This document shows, piece by piece, positions 48,002-54,950 of a stretch of DNA of 54,950 nucleotides (positions within the stretch are counted from its first letter, which is position 1; every line of letters starts with the position of its first letter). The stretch is taken from positions 1 through 54,950 of the forward strand of contig CAZIOW010000004.1 in NCBI GenBank assembly GCA_964541025.1. Reading direction: 5' to 3'. Source of the stretch: an uncultured Thermoplasmatales archaeon (lineage in GTDB: Archaea; Thermoplasmatota; Thermoplasmata; Thermoplasmatales; GCA-001856825). Below the pieces are notes generated by a model. It had not been told where the DNA came from. It saw only the letters and a program-made list of their open reading frames with translations, and made no database searches. Made by a program: the position numbers and the translations under genes.

Positions 48002-49280
48002 TATTCATTACCTCCATGAGCTCCTTTGTTGTTCTATCATCAAAATTCTTGATGAATTCAAATAACTCATTGTTGAAATCCTCATTTCTTAACAATTTAA
48101 ATCCTTTATCTTTCAAATCATTCCAAGAAATAGGATTTCTGTAATATCCATATGGTACATCTATTTCCTTTTCATATATTCCCTGGTCAGTTTCATACGT
48201 TAATTTTGTTGGCAGAAATTCTGGGAAAAGTTTATCAAATTTATCAGATGTTGAGACCTTAATATTTGCCATCAGGTTTTTTATATTGATATCTGTGTAA
48301 AAGGCCTCGTTGAACGAGCCAGTTCTGGGAGAACCGTAAAAATGTGTATATGATATTATGAATCTCAGACTTCTTTTTAGATTTTCTTCTATATCTTTTG
48401 GAGTGTCATAAAAATCATTTTCTACATTCCTTGAATATATAATTTCAGGAATCTCCACCCTGAGGTCTATTATATTTCCCCTGACCTTTTCCCTGAGACT
48501 GGTTACAGCCTCTACTGCACTTATCAAGAGATCGTCCACCGGGTAATATTTGATAACCCCCTTTGAAATTCTATCCTTTTGAAAATCAATGAGATGCTCA
48601 CCCCCCGTATCCTTAAACAAATTCGGATCTACCTTCTTTTCAGGAATTTCCCCAATTATCCTATAAAGGAATGATAGTTCCCTTGCATAGAATGAAGATA
48701 TGAAACCTTCTGGGAAAACATGGCTTTTCTCATCAACTGCTGTGTTCAAAGAGTATGATAAAAATTTCCGAAAAACATTGTTTTCTATGTTGTGAATTAC
48801 TCCTATACCTGAAGATATACCAGCAGCAACTGGAATGCTACTCCTTGGCCTCCTCGTTTTCTGTAATAATTCTGCAAATGTTGATGATATCTGGTAAGAT
48901 ACATTTATAGCTTTTACAACATCGTAACCTTTAGCCTCCTCGTTTTCTGCGTGAGCTAAAATAACAGGTATTGTATCGCTCGGATGAAATTCAATCTTCA
49001 GAGGGAAAAAATCTCTGTAGAGAGATTTTTCAACAATCATGGTATTGTACATAGATGAATATTCAGTAATGCCCCTTTCACCTGAGAAAAAGAATGTGCT
49101 GTTGTATTTTCCGAATGATGGGCTTAATATTTTCCTTATATTGGAAAATTTTCTTTCATTTTCCCAGGAACTGATGATTGTATCATATAGTCTTTTCTTT
49201 ATTTCCTCGGATCTGTCAAACGATATACCTTTCTCATTGATGATCCCTATTTCCTGGACTAACAGACTATCCAGTTCCAT
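47979..49280 (-). CDS. Divergent MmgE/PrpD family protein
   Basis: HPSDTIPVILA, IKYYP, P.GY.RNP; overlaps the prpB start. Confidence 0.7.
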   Translation of the reverse strand: MELDSLLVQEIGIINEKGISFDRSEEIKKRLYDTIISSWENERKFSNIRKILSPSFGKYNSTFFFSGERGITEYSSMYNTMIVEKSLYRDFFPLKIEFHPSDTIPVILAHAENEEAKGYDVVKAINVSYQISSTFAELLQKTRRPRSSIPVAAGISSGIGVIHNIENNVFRKFLSYSLNTAVDEKSHVFPEGFISSFYARELSFLYRIIGEIPEKKVDPNLFKDTGGEHLIDFQKDRISKGVIKYYPVDDLLISAVEAVTSLREKVRGNIIDLRVEIPEIIYSRNVENDFYDTPKDIEENLKRSLRFIISYTHFYGSPRTGSFNEAFYTDINIKNLMANIKVSTSDKFDKLFPEFLPTKLTYETDQGIYEKEIDVPYGYYRNPISWNDLKDKGFKLLRNEDFNNELFEFIKNFDDRTTKELMEVMNNASIKGK

Positions 49281-49310
49281 TGATAAGAAATATCATTTCA
49301 TTAAATAATA

Positions 49311-50261
49311 CTATTGGAAGTAATCGATTATAAGCTCGCATATATCTGTGGAATAGAAGGCAATCCTTTCCGCATCCTCCAGAATCTCTGCTATCTTCAG
49401 ATCGTCCTCTGCTCCTGCAATCGACCCACCTAAATTATTTCTCTCTATTCTGAAATAATCCTTTCTAGATATCAAATTATTTGCACCATCTGTGTCTTTC
49501 TTGAAATAGTATTCCATAGACTGTTCCAGTATCTGGATCGCCTGTTCTACGAATTTAAGTAAATTATCCTTCTTGAGGATGTTTCCCTCTGCAATATAAT
49601 ATATTCTCACTCCGTGGTCTGCGATTCTCTCAAGTATTCTTGATACAAGCAAAAAAGCAAGCGCCTCTTCTGTGGATATCTTGTTAAGCTGTAAAACAGA
49701 ATAATCTTTCAAACTTTGATTGAACAGCCTCTGAATGTATATATTGAATTTGTCAACTTCATTTTCCTTCTTTGCCACATAGTCCTTGGATATTTTCTGC
49801 TCGCTTATTGATTCTCTTACGATGCTTCTAACCAGAGTATCCATTCGCCTGAGCGCCTTTTCAAAGGTCAATGTGGGCAATGAGATTATATCTTCAAGTA
49901 TTGCTTCATTTTCTTTTTCTTCAATCACCTCAAATCCTATAGTCAATTCAAGAAATTTATTGACAATATAGTCCAGGCTGGATTTGCTTCTGCTTTTGAT
50001 AGTAATTTTCTTGGCCCCTTGAATGTATTTTGATATGAGTATCCTCATGTCATTCTCAAGATTATCTGTGCTTTTTAATTCCACGATGGACGATATATTA
50101 TCCTTTGATTTTTCGAATGGTTCTAAAATTATAGCCCCCCTTTCGCTATAGTTCAATGATACTTTTGAGCCAACCTTGAGATTAAAATTTTGGCACCATA
50201 TTTTTGGTAAAGATACTACAAGCGTTGAACCCCCCGTTTTTTGAATCTTCCTTACTTCCAT
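49311..50261 (-). CDS. phoU: Archaeal phosphate uptake regulator (AbrB-like domain plus PhoU repeats)
   Basis: RKIQKTGGST.VVSLPK.W, ILERIADH, ERIA.Y..DI.E. Confidence 0.88.
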   Translation of the reverse strand: MEVRKIQKTGGSTLVVSLPKIWCQNFNLKVGSKVSLNYSERGAIILEPFEKSKDNISSIVELKSTDNLENDMRILISKYIQGAKKITIKSRSKSSLDYIVNKFLELTIGFEVIEEKENEAILEDIISLPTLTFEKALRRMDTLVRSIVRESISEQKISKDYVAKKENEVDKFNIYIQRLFNQSLKDYSVLQLNKISTEEALAFLLVSRILERIADHGVRIYYIAEGNILKKDNLLKFVEQAIQILEQSMEYYFKKDTDGANNLISRKDYFRIERNNLGGSIAGAEDDLKIAEILEDAERIAFYSTDICELIIDYFQ

Positions 50262-50367
50262 TATTATATATTTACTTTATCTATTTCAATTCTACGAGAA
50301 ACAATGCTCAATTTTTTAGCTCGATATATTACATAATATCTTTAATACCCTTCTTATTGGTAGTTGC

Positions 50368-52110
50368 ATGGATCAGACCTTTGAGTCTATGATATCTCCC
50401 GAGTTTGAGATAAGTCCAAATTCGAAAATAAAGAATATGGAAGAGGTTTATGAAAAATTTGGCCATCTCATGAAACCCGGGATGTTAGCTTTGAGAGTGA
50501 CAGCTTCACTTTGCCCAGAGTGCGTGGCAGAAAATAAATTCGACAGAATGAAAATTCCAGCATTGGTATATGCTGAAGGCGGCGAAGTGAAGATGATAAA
50601 GGAATGCCCTGAGCACGGTGTTACCAAGGAGAAGTACTGGGAAGACTATGAAATGTACATGAATGCAAAGAAGTGGTCAGACAAGGGTATAAAGCTTGAG
50701 AATCCTCAGATAAGTCTTGCAGCTGAAAAAATTGATTGCCCCACACACTGCGGTCTCTGTGTAAAGCATAAAAGCCATACTGGCCTTGGAAATGTTGTTC
50801 TTACTAATAGATGCGACCTTTCATGTTGGTACTGTTTCTTCTACGCGAAGGAGAATGACCCAATATATGAACCGTCACTTGATCAGATAAGGATGATGCT
50901 GAGGAGGATGAGGAATGAAAAGCCTGTAGGTGCAAATGCCGTGCAGCTCACTGGCGGTGAACCTACATTAAGAGATGACCTGCCTGAAATAGTGAAAATA
51001 GCAAAGGAGGAGGGTTATGATCATGTTCAGCTCAATACCAACAGCATAAGGGCAAGCAGGGATCCAGAGTTTATACAAAAATGCCACGATGCTGGAGCCA
51101 ACGTTATATATACAAGCTTTGATGGAGTTACGCCTAGATCCAATCCAAAGAATTTCTGGGAGATTCCAAAGGCTCTGGAAACATACAGGAAAGTTGGGGT
51201 TGGGGTTGTTCTCGTTCCAACTGTTATAGGAGGAGTTAACGATGGAGAACTCGGCGATATAATAAAATTTGGCCTTTCAAATCTAGATGTTGTCAGAAGT
51301 GTTAATTTCCAGCCAGTTTCACTTGTAGGAAGGATGCCAGATAAACTTAGGGAGAGGCAGAGAGTTACGATTCCTGGTGCAATAAAGAAGATAGAGGAAC
51401 AGCTCGATGGAGCAATAGGGAGGGAAGATTTCTTCACAGTTCCTAGCACAGGAGCTGTGACAAACTTTGTAGAGGCATTAAAAGGAAAGCCAACTTACAG
51501 ACTTAGCATACACTTTGCCTGCGGTATGGGTACATATGTGTTCAAGAAGGATGATGGTTCAATAATACCTGTCCCTAGATTTATAGATGTGGAAGGTCTT
51601 TTTGAATACCTAAACGACCTTGCATCAGATATAAATGATTCCAGAGTAAAATCGCTTAAGAAGGCATCTGCACTGACATCACTACTCAGGAAATTGAATA
51701 CATTCGTCGATGAGAAGAAGGCACCCCCAGGATTCAAAATGAGGGAGATGATATTCGGAGCATTTACAGGTGGTGACTACCATGGATTAAAAGCATTCCA
51801 TTACAATTCAATGTTCATAGGTTTCATGCATTTCATGGATCCATATACATATGATGTAGATAGAGTGGAAAGATGCGATATACATTATGCAATGCCAGAT
51901 GGAAAGATAGTTCCTTTCTGCGCATTCAATGTTATCCCTGAATTGTACAGGGATGCAACACAGAGAAGGTTCTCAATGGATCCAAAGGTATACGAAGAAA
52001 AAACTGGGATTGATCTCAGGAAGGAAAAATTCGTCAGAAAATATACTGACCAGGAAAAAGAAGAAATCATAAAGTTCTATGAGAAATCAATAGGCAGAAA
52101 GATAATGTAA
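50368..52110 (+). CDS. tes: Radical SAM tetraether lipid synthase (Tes / GDGT-MAS, MJ0619 family)
   Basis: SLCPEC..CPEHG, CPTHCGLC..HKSHT, TNRCDLSCWYCFF, TGGEPT, NFQPVS..GR, MHFMD.Y.YD..RV.RC.IHY..PDG.IVPFC. Confidence 0.88.
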   Translation: MDQTFESMISPEFEISPNSKIKNMEEVYEKFGHLMKPGMLALRVTASLCPECVAENKFDRMKIPALVYAEGGEVKMIKECPEHGVTKEKYWEDYEMYMNAKKWSDKGIKLENPQISLAAEKIDCPTHCGLCVKHKSHTGLGNVVLTNRCDLSCWYCFFYAKENDPIYEPSLDQIRMMLRRMRNEKPVGANAVQLTGGEPTLRDDLPEIVKIAKEEGYDHVQLNTNSIRASRDPEFIQKCHDAGANVIYTSFDGVTPRSNPKNFWEIPKALETYRKVGVGVVLVPTVIGGVNDGELGDIIKFGLSNLDVVRSVNFQPVSLVGRMPDKLRERQRVTIPGAIKKIEEQLDGAIGREDFFTVPSTGAVTNFVEALKGKPTYRLSIHFACGMGTYVFKKDDGSIIPVPRFIDVEGLFEYLNDLASDINDSRVKSLKKASALTSLLRKLNTFVDEKKAPPGFKMREMIFGAFTGGDYHGLKAFHYNSMFIGFMHFMDPYTYDVDRVERCDIHYAMPDGKIVPFCAFNVIPELYRDATQRRFSMDPKVYEEKTGIDLRKEKFVRKYTDQEKEEIIKFYEKSIGRKIM

Positions 52111-52111
52111 T

Positions 52112-52699
52112 TCAATTAAAAATTAATTTATTATTTATTATTTTATAATTATTTTCAGAGAGTTTTTTTATTGCCTCAACCATTGCTTCATGTTCTATTT
52201 TATGTATTCTCTCTTGGAGGCTTTCTGGAGTATCATCATCTCTAACATCTATGCATTTTTGAATGATTACTGGACCACTATCAATACTTTCCGTAACAAT
52301 GTGAACTGTGCATCCGCTAACTTTCATTCCACTCTTAATGACTTCTTGATGGACCTTTAGACCATACATTCCCCTCCCTCCGAATAGGGGTAGGAGAGAT
52401 GGATGAAGATTTATTATTGGCTTAATGCCTATCAAATCTGGCGGGATTATCTTGAGAAAGCCAGCAAGGACAACTAGATCTACTTCGCTGAACGCCTTTC
52501 TTAATATTGTAACCATATCATTCTTATTTATTATTATAATATTTATATTATTATTTCTAGCTCTCTCAACCGCTCTCGCATTTTCTTTATCTGAAATAAC
52601 ATAGCTTATAGATACCCCTTTCAAGTATCCTGACTTGATTGAATCAATAATGGCCTGGAGATTTGTCCCTTCCCCAGAAGCTAGTACTGCCAATTTCAT
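52112..52699 (-). CDS. purN: Phosphoribosylglycinamide formyltransferase
   Basis: LASGEGTNLQA, LAGFLKI, NLHPSLLP.FGG, SGCTVH, DSGP. Confidence 0.95.
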   Translation of the reverse strand: MKLAVLASGEGTNLQAIIDSIKSGYLKGVSISYVISDKENARAVERARNNNINIIIINKNDMVTILRKAFSEVDLVVLAGFLKIIPPDLIGIKPIINLHPSLLPLFGGRGMYGLKVHQEVIKSGMKVSGCTVHIVTESIDSGPVIIQKCIDVRDDDTPESLQERIHKIEHEAMVEAIKKLSENNYKIINNKLIFN

Positions 52700-53657
52700 C
52701 TGTCATTACAATCTCATCCAGTATATATTTACTTTTATCTCTAAGATTAAGAGCCATTTCTAATTCGTAAAATGTGATTACTGGCCTCGAAAATGTGCTA
52801 AAATCTTCAATTGTTACCCTTGGACAGGCAGTATTGACATAAACATCCCCAGGAAAATTCATTAAAATTTCATCTCTTATGAGGTCAGCGGCAATGATGA
52901 ATGACTTTTTTCCTCTTTCCTCAAGTATTTTTTTTGCAATATTCGCAATTGAGTACCTTGTCTGTCCAATTTTGGTTGATACTATTATTCCAAAGGATTC
53001 AGAATAGGAAGCTTTGTCTATTGCAGCATATCTCTGGGCCAAGAATTTTCTTTTTTCCTTTTCCATATATATATATTCATTAGTCCTTGGATTGAATGCA
53101 AGAACTTCTTTGTCTAATGCCAATGCTATACCCAGTGGGTGGAAAATACCCTCTCCAATGAATAGAACAGCTTCATCGTCACTCCTGGCGGCTGATATAT
53201 TGCAACCCAGGATCTGACCCGGATAAAATACCCTTGAATCACCCTTTTTCAAGGTAACTTTCTTATTACATTTTTCTAGCTTTTCCTTAATTCTTTGAAG
53301 TTCATGAGAATAGGTTATGTTAGATGTTAATGTTACCGAAGAAAATGGAACTTTTGAGCATTCTAAATCATGTTCCATCTTATCCTGAAGCTCAATGAAC
53401 ATGATCTTTGGGAAATTCCCCAGATTTGGGATAGAGCTGTGACCGAATTGTATCAGGAGATCCCATTTCCCCTGAGTTGGAATGTCACAGGCACCCCAGA
53501 ACGGGTCACCTAGAAGTATTACCTCTTTATCCTTAATTTCATCTATGATTTCATAAGATTTTCTCTTCAATCCTTCGGGTAACTGAATTGCAACAATTTT
53601 TGCTCTCTTGAACCTTTCATCGTCTTTAATATCTTTAATCACATTTTCAAAATCCAT
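52644..53657 (-). CDS. dph2: 2-(3-amino-3-carboxypropyl)histidine synthase
   Basis: QLPEGLK, GACD, GHS, GQILGC, G.FH, K.GQ, TACPR. Confidence 0.93.
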   Translation of the reverse strand: MDFENVIKDIKDDERFKRAKIVAIQLPEGLKRKSYEIIDEIKDKEVILLGDPFWGACDIPTQGKWDLLIQFGHSSIPNLGNFPKIMFIELQDKMEHDLECSKVPFSSVTLTSNITYSHELQRIKEKLEKCNKKVTLKKGDSRVFYPGQILGCNISAARSDDEAVLFIGEGIFHPLGIALALDKEVLAFNPRTNEYIYMEKEKRKFLAQRYAAIDKASYSESFGIIVSTKIGQTRYSIANIAKKILEERGKKSFIIAADLIRDEILMNFPGDVYVNTACPRVTIEDFSTFSRPVITFYELEMALNLRDKSKYILDEIVMTDEIGSTSFWGRDKSPGHY

Positions 53658-53695
53658 ATGTAAAAGGTTATATTAATCACCTTATTAACGATTAA

Positions 53696-53779
53696 GCCGT
53701 GGTAGCCAAGCGGCCCAAGGCGCCAGCCTTGAGAGCTGGTCCCCTTATGGGGTCGGGAGTTCAAATCTCCCCCACGGCG
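53696..53779 (+). tRNA. tRNA-Ser (TGA)
   Basis: GCCGTGG acceptor stem, CCAGC-CT-TGA-GA-GCTGG, long variable arm, GTTCAAATC. Confidence 0.95.
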
Positions 53780-53811
53780 TATTAATAAAAGTAGGAATCC
53801 GGAAGAATTAA

Positions 53812-54950
53812 GTACCCAAAAGGCGTTTAACAATTATACTGAAGCCGTACAATTACACAATCGAGGATGAACTTAGAACGCTTGAAAGAGAGCCATTTAA
53901 CGAGGAAATCAAGAAAAATATAAGAAAATTCGTCAATGATATGAAGATAAGAGAAAATATATCAGAGATAAGGAGAATAAATTAGATCCAGAGATTGAGG
54001 AAAATTGCCGAATGGATACCTGATGGTTTCCTGGATCCAAAGGAGGAGGATATTGAGAAGATCCTTGAACATCTCTCGAATGATGATTATTCAGACTGGA
54101 TCAGGGATACCTATATAACAATGCTCAAGAGATTCTACAAGTGGAAAATGAAGAACCTGCCGGACAGTATAGCCAAGCTTAAAATAAAGGTTAAGGAAAA
54201 TGGAAAGACCCCTGATGACCTCATAACCAGGGATGAGATAAGAGCACTCATAGAAAATTCTAAGAACGCAAGGGATAGAGCTCTGTTCGCAGTTCTTTTA
54301 GATTCAGGATGCAGAATAGGGGAAATAATCAATATGAGAATTAAGGACCTGAGTTTTGACGAGTTCGGAGCTCTCCTAAAGGTAACAGGTAAAACAGGGT
54401 TCAGGCAAGTCAGGATCATAGACGATTCAATAGCTTATCTAAGGGCATGGCTTGACAATCACCCAGAGAGGAATGATCCTAATGCATTTCTTTTCTGCAA
54501 CCTCTCTGAAATGATCTCTGGAAGAAATCTAACCTATGCAGACGTTTATGCTATAATAAGGCATACTTCCAGGAGAGCAGGAATAACGAGAAGGATACAT
54601 CCGCATTTATTCCGTCATACCAGGGCCACTACCCTGGCCAGTAAGGTAACAGAAGCTCCTTTAGAATCACAGATGGGTTGGGTTCATGGATCAAAACAGA
54701 CAAGGACCTATGTTCATTTAAGCCTGAGAGACCAGGATAATGCAATTCTCAAGGCCTATGGAATAAAGGTCAATGAGGATGAGTCCATAAAGGAGGACAG
54801 ACCCAAAGAATGTCCAAGATGCCATACTCTTAACCCCTCAGATGCTAAGTATTGCCGTAACTGTTGGATGCCCTTTGATGTGAAAGTTGCCTTGGAGATG
54901 GAGGAGAAAGAGAAAAAAACCATAGATGCCATAAGAAAAAGCGATGCAAT
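53812..54950 (+). mobile_element. SNJ2-like tyrosine integrase with C-terminal zinc ribbon, interrupted by an in-frame TAG; runs off the window
   Basis: One frame from 53812 with TAG at 53983-53985; DSGCRIGE, GKTG, HPHLFRH, MGW, TYVH, CPRC..CRNC; starts about 30 nt after tRNA-Ser(TGA). Confidence 0.88.

Noticed and set aside
50368-52110. Multi-cluster radical SAM enzyme as a novel system
   Set aside because: Motifs match the characterised tetraether synthase Tes family expected in this lineage.
53983-53985. In-frame TAG as possible pyrrolysine or stop-codon recoding
   Set aside because: TAG ends ordinary genes here (4003-4005, 25108-25110), no pyl genes are in the window, and a one-base change from a Tyr codon explains it.
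1019-54419. Numerous 60-180 aa antisense or alternate-frame ORFs in the track (e.g. 22796-23338, 19803-20342, 40743-41195, 54135-54419)
   Set aside because: They lie within well-supported genes, have shadow-ORF composition and show no motifs.
1-54950. CRISPR array, rRNA genes, tRNA introns
   Set aside because: No regularly spaced short direct repeats, rRNA-like tracts or introns were seen by eye; the 432-nt and CxxC repeats are protein-coding.

Overview
Gene-dense, AT-rich archaeal chromosome segment, most consistent with Thermoplasmata (inferred from class II HMG-CoA reductase, tetraether synthase Tes, archaeal ribB/ribC/ribH, dph2/dph5, a helicase-only Hef and intron-less tRNA genes lacking encoded CCA). 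It holds about 55 mostly housekeeping CDSs and five tRNA genes: Ser-GCT, Asn-GTT, a CAT tRNA (probably Ile2), Ala-CGC and Ser-TGA. Mobile-element traces missing from the ORF track are the 3' end of an IS200/IS605 tnpB followed by a second decayed tnpB (1-950) and a stop-interrupted SNJ2-like integrase after tRNA-Ser(TGA); an integrase remnant also lies next to tRNA-Asn. Best candidates for undescribed biology: (i) a coupled operon of a PLP enzyme, a DUF1611/DgcN-like protein and a MurL/QueC-like PP-loop ATPase, possibly D-amino-acid chemistry; (ii) a double ECF-type ABC ATPase fused to a purine phosphoribosyltransferase; (iii) tRNA-Ala ending 1 nt before an MBL hydrolase-rqc2 pair; (iv) a surface protein with three NTF2-like repeats of exactly 144 aa; (v) an SPFH/zinc-ribbon module. 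All family calls come from reading motifs by eye; no database search was run.
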